DNA of 64,000 nucleotides. Origin: Porphyromonadaceae bacterium (GTDB lineage: Bacteria > Bacteroidota > Bacteroidia > Bacteroidales > Paludibacteraceae). The DNA is taken from contig JAAYIT010000048.1 in assembly GCA_012523295.1 (NCBI GenBank), positions 2,300-66,299 of the forward strand, written 5' to 3'. Of this stretch, positions 18,670 through 28,222 are shown piece by piece. Numbering within the stretch: the first letter of the stretch is position 1; each line of letters begins with the position of its first letter. The notes below the pieces were generated by a model that saw only the letters and a program-made list of their open reading frames with translations, was not told the origin of the DNA and did no database searches. The position numbers and the translations under genes are program-made.

Positions 18670-19461
18670 TTACTTTACTTCTTTCATTTCTTCTGATAAG
18701 AAATGCTCCAATTGTTCCGGTTTCACATTTATCGTTAATTTGCCGGCAATTGCCCACGAAATAAGTCCGGTTTCTTCCGAAATAATAATTGCAATCGCAT
18801 CGGATTGTTCGGTTACGCCGAGCGCCGACCGATGCCGCAACCCCAATCTTTTCGGGATGGACTGATTGCTTGAAACGGGCAGGATACACGCTGCAGCCCG
18901 AAGTCGCCTGTTAGAAATTATCATAGCTCCATCATGAAGCGGACTGTTTTTGAAGAAGATATTTTCTATCAAACGTGATGAAATTTTCGAGTCAATCATT
19001 TCGCCTGATTGCGTGTAAAAATCGAGCATGTCATTTCGTGTAATGACGATTAGACCGCCGGTTGCGGACTTTGACATGTTGCGACATGCAAGAACGATTT
19101 GGATAATATCGTAGTCGGTTTCGGGCTCTTCCAAAGCTCTATTATTAAAATATCGTTTGAAGAAATTGAGAATTCCCCAATTTCTCCGGGAGCCTATTTT
19201 ATTAAAGAAACGCTTTATTTCTGTCTGAAAAAGAACAATTAACGCAAATGCGCCGACACTAATCACGCCATCAAAAATTCCTCCGAGCAGTTCCATTTTA
19301 AAGACTTGCGACACAAGGAACCAGACTATGACAAAAGTCATCACCCCTACGAAAACATTGGCAGCGCCGGAGCGTTTCAGCAATTTATAAGCGCCGAATA
19401 GCAGCATCGCCGTCAATACGATATCAATTATGTCTTTTATGCCGATATTAAATCCCATCAT
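18670..19461 (-). CDS. cdaA: Diadenylate cyclase, CdaA type (three N-terminal TM helices + DisA_N domain)
   Basis: 263 aa with N-terminal TM helices, DGAMII and RHRSALG motifs. The start overlaps the folP stop by 4 nt. Confidence 0.8.
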   Translation of the reverse strand: MMGFNIGIKDIIDIVLTAMLLFGAYKLLKRSGAANVFVGVMTFVIVWFLVSQVFKMELLGGIFDGVISVGAFALIVLFQTEIKRFFNKIGSRRNWGILNFFKRYFNNRALEEPETDYDIIQIVLACRNMSKSATGGLIVITRNDMLDFYTQSGEMIDSKISSRLIENIFFKNSPLHDGAMIISNRRLRAAACILPVSSNQSIPKRLGLRHRSALGVTEQSDAIAIIISEETGLISWAIAGKLTINVKPEQLEHFLSEEMKEVK

Positions 19462-20306
19462 AATTGTTGCTTGTAAAGTGAATACAATTTTATGGTTTCC
19501 ATTGCCGGTTTTACATCGTGCACACGCAGGATGTTTGCGCCATTTAGCAAGGCAAGCATATTAAGAGCAGTCGTTCCGTTGAGCGCTTCTTCCGGTGTGT
19601 TTTCTAAAAATTTGTAAATCATGGACTTGCGAGAAAGCCCCGCTAAAATTGGGAAGCCGATTTCTTTGAGATAGCTCATTTTAGCTAACAGCTCGTAGTT
19701 TTGTTCCATAGTCTTTGCAAACCCAAATCCCGGATCAATCACAATATCTTTCACTCCTAAATGAACCAATTGAGTGGTTCTTTGTTCGAAAAAACGGAGA
19801 ATATCCGACATCAAATTCTCATAATCTGTCATTGATTGCATGGTTTGCGGAGTGCCGCGCATATGCATTAGTATATATGGAACTTGCAAATCAGCTACTG
19901 TTTCAAACATGAAATCGTCTAATGTGCCTCCACTCACATCGTTAATAATATTAACTTCGTAGTTTTCGACTGCCCAACGAGCAACTTCCGAGCGGTATGT
20001 ATCCAAAGAAATGATTGCATGGGGGAAATGCTGTTTTATAGCGTTCAGCGGCTTTTTTAATCGTTCGATTTCGTCCGCCACAGAAATATGATTGGCAGAT
20101 GGACGTGTGGAATAAGCGCCTACATCGATGATAGACGCGCCTTCAATCAATGCGTTTTCAACCGATTTCAATACATCTTTTACAGAATGCAGCCTGCTTG
20201 CGCTATAAAATGAATCCGGTGTGATATTGACAATCGCCATCACAACAGGTGTCGAAATATCGAGTAGTTTACCGTTTATATTTAGTTGAAATGGTGTAAG
20301 ATCCAT
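19458..20306 (-). CDS. folP: Dihydropteroate synthase
   Basis: 282 aa with NITPDSFY, IIDVGAYSTRP and IDPGFGFAK motifs. Confidence 0.92.
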   Translation of the reverse strand: MDLTPFQLNINGKLLDISTPVVMAIVNITPDSFYSASRLHSVKDVLKSVENALIEGASIIDVGAYSTRPSANHISVADEIERLKKPLNAIKQHFPHAIISLDTYRSEVARWAVENYEVNIINDVSGGTLDDFMFETVADLQVPYILMHMRGTPQTMQSMTDYENLMSDILRFFEQRTTQLVHLGVKDIVIDPGFGFAKTMEQNYELLAKMSYLKEIGFPILAGLSRKSMIYKFLENTPEEALNGTTALNMLALLNGANILRVHDVKPAMETIKLYSLYKQQL

Positions 20307-20578
20307 TTGGTCAATGAAATATGTTTGAACTTTTGTCGTTATTAATATGAATTATCTACAAAAGTAAGAAAATAAACTATTCTAAGGGACTGTTTCGAAA
20401 AAAAATAGATGAAAATATACGTTTTTCAAAGAAAGTGAGTTAATTTAAAAGCTTGAAGTCAGAAGACCGAAGTATAGACAGAATAAAGTTTGAATTTTAG
20501 TTGTTGAAATCTCTTACCCATTTAATTCAGAAATTTTTATCATTTCTTATAAATGAATTTTGGCTTTTAGCATCTTAA

Positions 20579-20893
20579 ATCTAAATATCTTGTATCTAAA
20601 AATCTTGTATCTAAAAGTCTTGTATCCAAATATCTTATATCTAAAAATCTTGTATCTAAAAATCTTATATCTAAAAATCTTATATCTAAAAATCTTGTAT
20701 CTAAAAGTCTAATATCTAAAAATCTAATATCTAAAAGTCTTGTATCTAAAAATCTAATATCTAAATATCTTGTATCTAAAAATCTTATATCTAAAAGTCT
20801 AATATCTAAAAGTCTTATATCTAAAAGTCTAATATCTAAAAGTCTAATATCTAAAAGTCTTATATCTAAAAATCTTGTATCTAAATATCTCTT
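20579..20893. repeat. 15-bp minisatellite, 21 units, abutting the gldJ-like start codon
   Basis: The unit is ATCTAAA[AA/AG/TA]TCT[TG/TA/AA]T. There are 21 head-to-tail units with no spacers, ending 7 nt before the ATG at 20901. Confidence 0.95.
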
Positions 20894-20900
20894 AAAAAAT

Positions 20901-22493
20901 ATGAACAGAAGTAGTGTGATAAAATTAGCAAGTTTTATTTTTCTAATCATTTTTATTGCATCTTGCGCGCCAAGGAGACAAAATAACGATGCTCAGCCAC
21001 CGCCTCCGAAGGGTTCATCAGTTTCAACAGCTACCGGTTGGACATATCAGAATGAGAATTTCTCCGGTGGAACAGGTTATGCGTCAGCCGGATTTGCTGC
21101 ACAGGAAAATTACAAACCGCAAATTCCATCCGGAATGGTTGTTGTGGAAGGTGGTACTTTTACAATGGGTGAAAAAACTGATATGATTACTGCCCGGCGG
21201 GACAATTTGTCCCGCCGAGTTACGGTTGGTTCTTTTTATATGGATCAGTACGAAGTCAGTAACCTGATGTGGCGCGAGTACACGCACTGGATGGATGTGG
21301 TTTTCGGTGAAGTTGCACCAAGATTGGTTAATCAGGCGCAGCCGCACGTAAATAAAGCGAGCGATCCGTTGACTTACAATGAACCTTACTATGACCGTTA
21401 TTACACGCACCCGGCATTTAATCATTATCCGGTGGTAGGAGTTACGTGGGAGCAGGCAATGGATTATTGCCAATGGCGAACTGACAGATTGAACGAGCTG
21501 GTATTGGTAAAAGCAGGAGTTTTAGCTCCACCCGATTTTTCGTATGTTCAGCGTGTAGCTAATTTGGACTCAATTTCACAAAATTTCGTGTTTAATACGG
21601 AAAAATATCTACTACAACGCTCATACAACCCGCCAATGGGACCAAAACCGCTTCAAGGCGCTTTTGGAGAGCCTCGAAAAGCGCAAATGGGTGATGGATT
21701 GATGTTTCCTAACTTCAGACTGCCCACTGAAGCCGAGTGGGAATTTGCGGCGTATGGGCTAAAAGCAGATAAGAACGGACTTGTTGCTGAAGGCAGGTTG
21801 TATCCGTGGACGGGCAATCGACTCAGAGATAAGAGCAAAGGAAAAAATCAGGGACAAATGCAAGCAAATTTTGTCCGTGGGCGCGGCGATATGATGGGAA
21901 CTGCCGGTGACCTGAACGACAGATTTACCACAACAGCACCGGGTAATGCCTATCCGCCAAATGATTTTGGGCTTTATAACATGGCCGGAAATGTAAATGA
22001 GTGGGTGCTTGACGTGTACCGCTCTACATCGCATCAGGAAGTGGCTGATTATAACCCTTACAGAGGAAACCAAGGTTATACCTATTTGGCAGAATCTCAA
22101 ACCGAAAACGGTGGATATAACTTGAAAGTGGATTCACTCGGAAGGATAGCTCGCGTAGTGTTGCCGGAAGATGATATGCGTAGTTACAGGGATGGTACTA
22201 ATCAGATAGCAACCGATTTTCAGCTCTATACAGATCCGGAAGGAGTGTCTGCACTAAGAAACAGATCACAATTAGACCCAACCGACGTACTCGCTCCAAA
22301 GATTACAAACAAAACACGAGTGTATAAAGGCGGTTCTTGGAAAGACCGCGCCTATTGGATTAATCCGGCTACGCGTCGCTATCTCGACCAAGATAAATCT
22401 GCCAACGATATCGGTTTCCGATGCGCCATGACGATGCTCGGAAGTATCGACAACCAACCGGTTACCAAGAAAAAAACATCGAGGAAGAAGTAG
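20901..22493 (+). CDS. FGE-sulfatase/SUMF1-fold lipoprotein, GldJ-like
   Basis: 530 aa with a lipoprotein signal (IIFIASCAP) and SUMF1-family blocks (YPVVGVTWEQAMDYCQW, FRLPTEAEWEFAAYG, NDFGLYNMAGNVNEWV, YKGGSWKD, GFRCAM). It stands alone rather than in a porKLMN-type operon, which favours GldJ over GldK/PorK. Confidence 0.6.
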   Translation: MNRSSVIKLASFIFLIIFIASCAPRRQNNDAQPPPPKGSSVSTATGWTYQNENFSGGTGYASAGFAAQENYKPQIPSGMVVVEGGTFTMGEKTDMITARRDNLSRRVTVGSFYMDQYEVSNLMWREYTHWMDVVFGEVAPRLVNQAQPHVNKASDPLTYNEPYYDRYYTHPAFNHYPVVGVTWEQAMDYCQWRTDRLNELVLVKAGVLAPPDFSYVQRVANLDSISQNFVFNTEKYLLQRSYNPPMGPKPLQGAFGEPRKAQMGDGLMFPNFRLPTEAEWEFAAYGLKADKNGLVAEGRLYPWTGNRLRDKSKGKNQGQMQANFVRGRGDMMGTAGDLNDRFTTTAPGNAYPPNDFGLYNMAGNVNEWVLDVYRSTSHQEVADYNPYRGNQGYTYLAESQTENGGYNLKVDSLGRIARVVLPEDDMRSYRDGTNQIATDFQLYTDPEGVSALRNRSQLDPTDVLAPKITNKTRVYKGGSWKDRAYWINPATRRYLDQDKSANDIGFRCAMTMLGSIDNQPVTKKKTSRKK

Positions 22494-22575
22494 TGCTGAG
22501 TAAAAAGTAAAAGTTAAAAAGTAAAAAGTAATAGACTTAAATTCAGATAATTAGTATTTCCTAATGCCGACATTT

Positions 22576-22673
22576 CATACGGTTATATTTTATTTTTTAC
22601 ATTATGGACGTATGGAACACGCCATTAATCATATTCTTGGGTTTAAGACTTTTCTTAAATGGCTGTTTTATGC
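22576..22673 (-). repeat. Family A module, orphan copy with a mutated start (ATA)
   Basis: The reverse complement reads GCATAAAACAGCCATTTAAG...GGCGTGTTCCATACGTCCATAATGTAA. No gene follows it. Confidence 0.8.
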
Positions 22674-22741
22674 TTAATTTAACAGTAGTTAAATGGTTTA
22701 TTAGCTGATTTGTAAAATGGTTAATTGATAGTTTGCATATT

Positions 22742-22926
22742 CGATTATATGTCTATCCGTAATCTATCCAAAAATCCAAAATTTTAAAATCTGATATAGG
22801 GTCAAACCGCTTCAAGCGGTTTGACCCATTGTGGATAAAAAATGCATCAAACGTCTTGAAGCCGTTAGATGCTATGTTTGTCATTGTCGCAAAGTCATTA
22901 GAACGGAACGCGGATAATCAATTTCG
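22742..22926 (+). repeat. Dispersed hairpin repeat, family B, copy 2
   Basis: The core hairpin is GGGTCAAACCGCTTCAAGCGGTTTGACCC and the element ends GCGGATAATCA. It is the inverted match of 140..318. Confidence 0.8.
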
Positions 22927-23289
22927 ATTAGTAACACATGAACGAATTAGCAGATTTTTTCCCAAATGCTTGCAGTTTCTAAAAAAAATGATTTACTTTG
23001 GTATGACATTGTAAATAATTTGGGAAATGACTACTTCTACCTATTTACATACATATCCTTATTTCATACCGCGTCATCACGATAAGTATGGCAAGGTAGA
23101 TTGTGTAGTTCTCCCCCCACGTCAACATTTATTCACAATATTTTTTTATTTACGCCGCCGGACAATGCCGCCTCACGCGCCATGCCTTGCGGCGTTTGAG
23201 TTTATAAAGCGAGAAGCAGGACGCGGATATTTCTGTTTGAACCACCGATAGGGTGGCTCTAAGCGCCCCCATCGGTAAAACAACAACTT

Positions 23290-23329
23290 AATTCGCGACA
23301 ATTCGTCCTAATTCGTGCTAATTCGTAAT
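23290..23329 (+). repeat. Four 10-bp-phased AATTCG repeats
   Basis: AATTCGCGAC AATTCGTCCT AATTCGTGCT AATTCGTAAT. An inverted counterpart lies at 29770..29813. Confidence 0.85.
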
Positions 23330-23351
23330 TTTAAAAATAAATTCTAATCGT

Positions 23352-24731
23352 ATGAAAAAACTAATTGCATTTCTTATCCTCGCGCTGGTTGTACAAGGTA
23401 CGGCGCACGCGCAACTTGGCGGATTGCTCAACAAAGCCAAAGACGCCGTCAAAAAAGAAGCGACTAAGGTAACTGAGAAAAAAGCCACCGAAACAAAAGA
23501 AAAAGTCGAAAGCAAGGCAACCGAAACAGCTACTGCTGTAACTACTTCTACATCCAATGCCAATGCTACCGACATTGACCCCAACTTGGGCTTATCCATG
23601 AGCCAATTGCGGGAATCGTACAACAAACTGTCACACGAAGCGTATCTGACCATTTATAGAAACACGCCTTATTGTTTCTACGTAAACAGTTGGAAAGAAA
23701 CCGCCGAGTACTTTAACATGATGCGCTACCTCATTGTCAATATGATGGTATCGGGCAATGACTCCCCCACTCTTTTATTCAAAAAGTACGGCGATGCCTA
23801 CGCGTTGCCTGCTGAAATGATTATCAATGCCAATTTTGCGGTGTTCAAAGCATTTCCCAAAGAATCCTATCCCCTATTCTTGGAAGCGCGCACGCTGCTG
23901 CGCAACTGGGAAAACGGCAGGATAGCCTCAGATCACGAAAAAATAAACACCTTGGTGATGGAAACATCCGAAGACGGTACGGGATTCGGTTTTCGTTATT
24001 CTGAAAATAAAAAATACGGCAGAGGCGTGGACGACCCCTTTATGATAAGCGCTTATACGGGCGAGAAAAAGAGTGAGCGACTGCCTCGTTGGAAAGCCGA
24101 AGAAGCCCGTTTGCTAAAACTCTACCGGGAAAATGTGCCGTTTGAAAATGTAAAAAACACATTTATAAACACCTTGACGCAAACGGCACAATACAGCAAA
24201 GAGAAAAACTGGCTCTTCGGCGTGTACAACAGCTATCAGCTCGAAGTAGCCGCCGAAGATATGAAAAACCACCCGAAAAAAGTGGAAGACAATGATTACA
24301 CCCAGGCATTGGCGATGTACGAGAAATTAGCCGCCAACAATTACCCCAAGTGGGAAGCCCATCTTAAGAGTGAATGGATGAAAGAATTAGAAGACATCTA
24401 CAGCCAAATAGGTGACGGTAAAAGTGAAATCCCGAAAGCAGGCAAAAGCGATCCGAAATTAGAAGCCGAAATGATAGCCATTGCCAAAACCCTCTACGAG
24501 GACGGGCGCGTACCGGTAAAAGCCATTATCAAAGGCGCCGACTGGTCGTATGACCGCAATGCCTTCGGACAAATCATCAACCGGTACCACACCGGCTACA
24601 TCATTTTCAAAATGAAAGACGGCACACACCGCATGGTGGACATCGGCTTTAAGCAAATGTACAACGGCGGAAGCTACGGCAGGCTGCAACTACGCGGCGT
24701 CGGCACCTCGAATTTAGAAGTGGATTATTAG
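23352..24731 (+). CDS. Secreted protein of unknown function
   Basis: 459 aa with a signal peptide (LVVQGTAHAQ), then a K/E/T-rich low-complexity linker and a globular region. I recognise no family motif. Confidence 0.6.
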   Translation: MKKLIAFLILALVVQGTAHAQLGGLLNKAKDAVKKEATKVTEKKATETKEKVESKATETATAVTTSTSNANATDIDPNLGLSMSQLRESYNKLSHEAYLTIYRNTPYCFYVNSWKETAEYFNMMRYLIVNMMVSGNDSPTLLFKKYGDAYALPAEMIINANFAVFKAFPKESYPLFLEARTLLRNWENGRIASDHEKINTLVMETSEDGTGFGFRYSENKKYGRGVDDPFMISAYTGEKKSERLPRWKAEEARLLKLYRENVPFENVKNTFINTLTQTAQYSKEKNWLFGVYNSYQLEVAAEDMKNHPKKVEDNDYTQALAMYEKLAANNYPKWEAHLKSEWMKELEDIYSQIGDGKSEIPKAGKSDPKLEAEMIAIAKTLYEDGRVPVKAIIKGADWSYDRNAFGQIINRYHTGYIIFKMKDGTHRMVDIGFKQMYNGGSYGRLQLRGVGTSNLEVDY

Positions 24732-24834
24732 AGAGTAGAGATATAGCCCCGAAATAATCGGGAATTTCAACATGCCATGCCTATGTGCTATACCCGGTTT
24801 TAGTTTTTAGTGTGTAAGCTGTGCAGAGTGTTAG

Positions 24835-24870
24835 GTTGACAGACTCCCGATAGCTCGGGAGTCTGTCAAC
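24835..24870 (+). other. Perfect 16-bp-stem hairpin, 3' of the 459-aa gene
   Basis: GTTGACAGACTCCCGA-TAGC-TCGGGAGTCTGTCAAC, with no clean T-run after it. Confidence 0.8.
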
Positions 24871-25141
24871 AACTTTCTTTTGTGGCGACTTCACGATAGC
24901 TCGGGACTGTCGGCATACTGCCGCGCTGGCAAACTGTGGCTAACAGCCACATGTTGTGTAAGCAGCAAGAGAGTGCCGGTCAATATTTGAAAAAAACCAC
25001 AAACTTTGAACGCCGCTTTTCCCTTTCAAAAAAATAAATAAATCCGCTTTTCTCTCTTTTTTAAGAGAGAGGCAGGAGAGGGGGCAGGTGGTGAGGTAAT
25101 TAACGAATTAACTAAATTAACCAATTAATCAAAAATAAACC

Positions 25142-25678
25142 ATGGACATACAAATTCAACAATCTATTGAAACGAGGCGAGGAGCGCTTTATGACTACTA
25201 CGAGTTACCGTCAAAAGCCAAGCAAACAGCCGAGGAGGTCTTCTTGAAGATGGAGCAATTGGGCAGCGAGTGCAAAGATCAAGCAGACTTCGAAAAACGA
25301 TTGCTCGATTCACCCATCAATGCGGAATACAATAAACTGTTTGCCGATTTTACGCGCTATGTGAAAAGGCCGGAAGGTACGCCCACTAAAGGTGAATTCA
25401 TGCGAGATTATGCCTCGTCAACTGCCCGTTCAATGGTAGAACACCGAGCAAAAGTGGGACTGCGGGCAAGGATTTTCAGAATGATGCCCGAATCTATACA
25501 AAATTGGATGGTGCGCGGAGCGTACAACATACCCATACTCGGCGACATACTCTCTGCCCGCAATCAGGTAGATATGGCGCGAAGATTTACCGGAGGATTT
25601 AAGGATGAAGAAACGAATGACACAAATCCGGAAGAAAAAAACACGAAATTAAAGAAAGATAAATCAGAGAAGAAGTGA
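25142..25678 (+). CDS. Hypothetical protein with a lysine-rich tail
   Basis: 178-aa ORF with sustained coding-like composition and no signal peptide. I recognise no family motif. Confidence 0.5.
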   Translation: MDIQIQQSIETRRGALYDYYELPSKAKQTAEEVFLKMEQLGSECKDQADFEKRLLDSPINAEYNKLFADFTRYVKRPEGTPTKGEFMRDYASSTARSMVEHRAKVGLRARIFRMMPESIQNWMVRGAYNIPILGDILSARNQVDMARRFTGGFKDEETNDTNPEEKNTKLKKDKSEKK

Positions 25679-25873
25679 AGCAGTAGACAAGTAAACCAAA
25701 CAGTACAGACAAGACATGCTTTGTCTCACCAATCACCAATTACTAAATTCACCTCCCGATAGCTATCGGGACAACTAATTAACTAATCAACTAACTGCCC
25801 CATCAGCGCACGCTTTAAAAAGCTTCCACTTGCGGGGGAGGTTTGGTAGGGGCTAATTAACCACTTTAAAGTT

Positions 25874-28066
25874 ATGAACAAAAAATTTACAATTTTCTTT
25901 ATTGCCTGTACAGTATGGGCAATAACAAGCGCTGCCAGAGCGCAGACGGAAATTTATCCTATAGGTATAAACGGCTCCGCTGTAACGTCTTGGAACGCTG
26001 GCGATCTCACCTCTTGGCTCAACTCAATCCCAGACTCATATGCAACTGGGGATATAAGCTACGACCATGACACCAAAACACTCACATTTAAAAACGCCAC
26101 ATTGACTAATAGTGGTATGCACCCATGCATTTCTTCAAGTTTGGATGGTCTTGTTATAGAGTTAATCGGAAATAATCGCATAGAGCGTACCACTAATGAA
26201 TCTGCTCTGGCTATAATTTTTAATAGATATCGAAATGGCACCATAAAAGGAGCAAAAGGCTCAAAATTGACAGTAGCGGGTGGATATGGCATTCAACCTG
26301 ACCAATGTAATCTCACCGTTACAGGCGGATGTGAACTTGTAGTCAGCGCTAATTATTCTGCTATCTCTGGGGATCGATACTATACAAACGTTACTGTATC
26401 CGGTGGCAGCACGGTAAAAGCTACAGGTAGAGGAAGAGCCTCATTCGAGATGATAAACTCATTGGTGCTTGAAGACGGCGCCACCATTATACAGCCCGCC
26501 GGTGCAGCCTACGATTCCAATCTTAAAGGAGTGGCGCTAAATGGCAAATTGGTAAACTCGGAAGTGATAATTACCACACCACCTCCTACAACTTATGACC
26601 TCTATATAGCTGGTACCCAAGTAACCTCCGCTAATAAAGATAAAATTACCGGCACTGGTATTTCCGGCTTGGTTAAGTACAATAACAACACGAAAACACT
26701 TACACTTGACGGTGCGAAAATTAACAGCAGCGCTTATTGCATTGAATCAAAAATAGAAGGACTCTCGCTGAATATTATAGGAACGAATCTATTAACGGGA
26801 ACAGGCGGCTATTCTTGTATTAAACTTAACGCGGCTTCGGCAACCATTGCAGGCTCCTCTAATGCAAAATTGCAAATAAATAGCAAATCCATTGGTGTTT
26901 ATCAATATAACTGCAATCTGACCATTGCAGGTGGCTGCGAGGTAATTGCGAATAGTGCAAATTATGGAATTTGTGGTCAAAATGGCAATAACGAAGTGCT
27001 TACTGTATCTGGAGGAAGTACAATAAAAGCTACCGGTGCGAGTGCAGGCTCCATAAGAGACTTGAAATCATTGGTGCTTGAAGACGGCGCCACCATTGTA
27101 CAGCCTGCCGGAGCAAATTTCAGCCCTCAAGCAAAAGCGGTAGTAAATGCGAACAACGAGATTATAAAAACAGAAGTAGTGATATCCTCGCAAGCCGGCA
27201 CGAAGTACAATCTTTGGATTGCAGGTGCACAAGTAACCGCCGCCAATGCCTCCAATATCACCGCCGCTATCAATGATGCTACCGTAGCTTCCGGCTCCAT
27301 TAGTTACAAGCCCGATACCAAAACCCTCACACTGAAAGGTGCAAAAATAAAAAGCATCCAAGATTGCATTCTTTCCGAAATAGAAGGTCTAATTATAAAG
27401 CTGGAAGGAGATAATGTGCTAAACTCAACAGGAAATAATAGCTGTTTACTTCTTGTAGATGTTTCGACAACCATTAGCGGAGGTTCTACAGCTAAACTTC
27501 AAGCAACTTCTGCAGATCACGGTTGTATATTTTACCGTGTAGGTAATCTGACCATTACGGGAGGATGTGAGGTAGTCGCCAAAGGCGCTGCTTTTGGTAT
27601 TTGGGGATTTAGTACCGAAGCGCTTACCATATCCGGTGGCAGCACGGTAAAAGCCACAGGCACAAGTATGGGTTCAATTTTTGGCATGAAATCATTGGTA
27701 ATTAACAATGGTACTATACTACAGCCTGCGGGAGCGGTATTCGAAGCTACGAAAGGAGTGACGCTAAATGGTAATGTGGTAAAAACAGAAGTGATTATAA
27801 AAGGCGGTGGCACAGGCTTAGCGCTCAATACGGCTATAAAAACCGAAATCTACCCCAATCCGGCACGTGAGTTCTTTACTGTTACCTGCGCCGAGCCGAT
27901 GGAGCTTATAGAGCTAATAGCTCTGTCAGGACAAGTAGCACTCAGTCAAGCCACCTCAGGCACTACAACCCGTATTACAGTCAGCGAACTACCTCGCACG
28001 GCATACATAGTGAAAATATATACCCGGGCTGGTTTAGTAACCGAGAAACTGATAACCGTCCCATAA
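25874..28066 (+). CDS. T9SS cargo protein with three ~200-aa internal repeats
   Basis: 730 aa with a signal peptide. Three paralogous modules span roughly aa 27-235, 240-437 and 443-640. The C-terminal sorting-domain-like tail contains EIYPNPAREFFTV and AYIVKIYT. Confidence 0.7.
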   Translation: MNKKFTIFFIACTVWAITSAARAQTEIYPIGINGSAVTSWNAGDLTSWLNSIPDSYATGDISYDHDTKTLTFKNATLTNSGMHPCISSSLDGLVIELIGNNRIERTTNESALAIIFNRYRNGTIKGAKGSKLTVAGGYGIQPDQCNLTVTGGCELVVSANYSAISGDRYYTNVTVSGGSTVKATGRGRASFEMINSLVLEDGATIIQPAGAAYDSNLKGVALNGKLVNSEVIITTPPPTTYDLYIAGTQVTSANKDKITGTGISGLVKYNNNTKTLTLDGAKINSSAYCIESKIEGLSLNIIGTNLLTGTGGYSCIKLNAASATIAGSSNAKLQINSKSIGVYQYNCNLTIAGGCEVIANSANYGICGQNGNNEVLTVSGGSTIKATGASAGSIRDLKSLVLEDGATIVQPAGANFSPQAKAVVNANNEIIKTEVVISSQAGTKYNLWIAGAQVTAANASNITAAINDATVASGSISYKPDTKTLTLKGAKIKSIQDCILSEIEGLIIKLEGDNVLNSTGNNSCLLLVDVSTTISGGSTAKLQATSADHGCIFYRVGNLTITGGCEVVAKGAAFGIWGFSTEALTISGGSTVKATGTSMGSIFGMKSLVINNGTILQPAGAVFEATKGVTLNGNVVKTEVIIKGGGTGLALNTAIKTEIYPNPAREFFTVTCAEPMELIELIALSGQVALSQATSGTTTRITVSELPRTAYIVKIYTRAGLVTEKLITVP

Positions 28067-28145
28067 GCCTTTAGGTGCAATCACTTTGAACGTCAGACAT
28101 TCCTGCCCAACATTCTAATACAAACAAGAATGTTCGTTTCCCTAA

Positions 28146-28180
28146 AAAAGCGCTTGTTTTTCGACAAGTGCTTTTTTATT
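28146..28180 (+). terminator. Rho-independent terminator
   Basis: Stem AGCGCTTGT / ACAAGTGCT (one mismatch) followed by TTTTTT. Confidence 0.65.
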
Positions 28181-28214
28181 TGTCTCAATATTCCTTTTAA
28201 TGAATTAAAAATTG

Positions 28215-28222
28215 TAATTTTG
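28215..28222 (+). promoter_or_regulatory. Candidate -7 promoter box (TAnnTTTG) for asnS
   Basis: TAATTTTG lies about 140 nt upstream of the asnS ATG. Confidence 0.3.

Noticed and set aside
20567-20950. 127-aa minus-strand ORF translating as LDIRLLDIRFLDTR repeats
   Set aside because: It is purely the in-frame reading of the 15-bp minisatellite (15 is a multiple of 3). It has no start context and overlaps the gldJ-like start, so I treat it as non-coding repeat.
22829-23251. ORFs of 61 and 74 aa between the gldJ-like gene and the 459-aa gene
   Set aside because: The first lies inside the family B repeat. The second spans GC-rich hairpin sequence and has an implausible, low-complexity Pro/Arg/Cys-rich translation. 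Neither shows support for coding.
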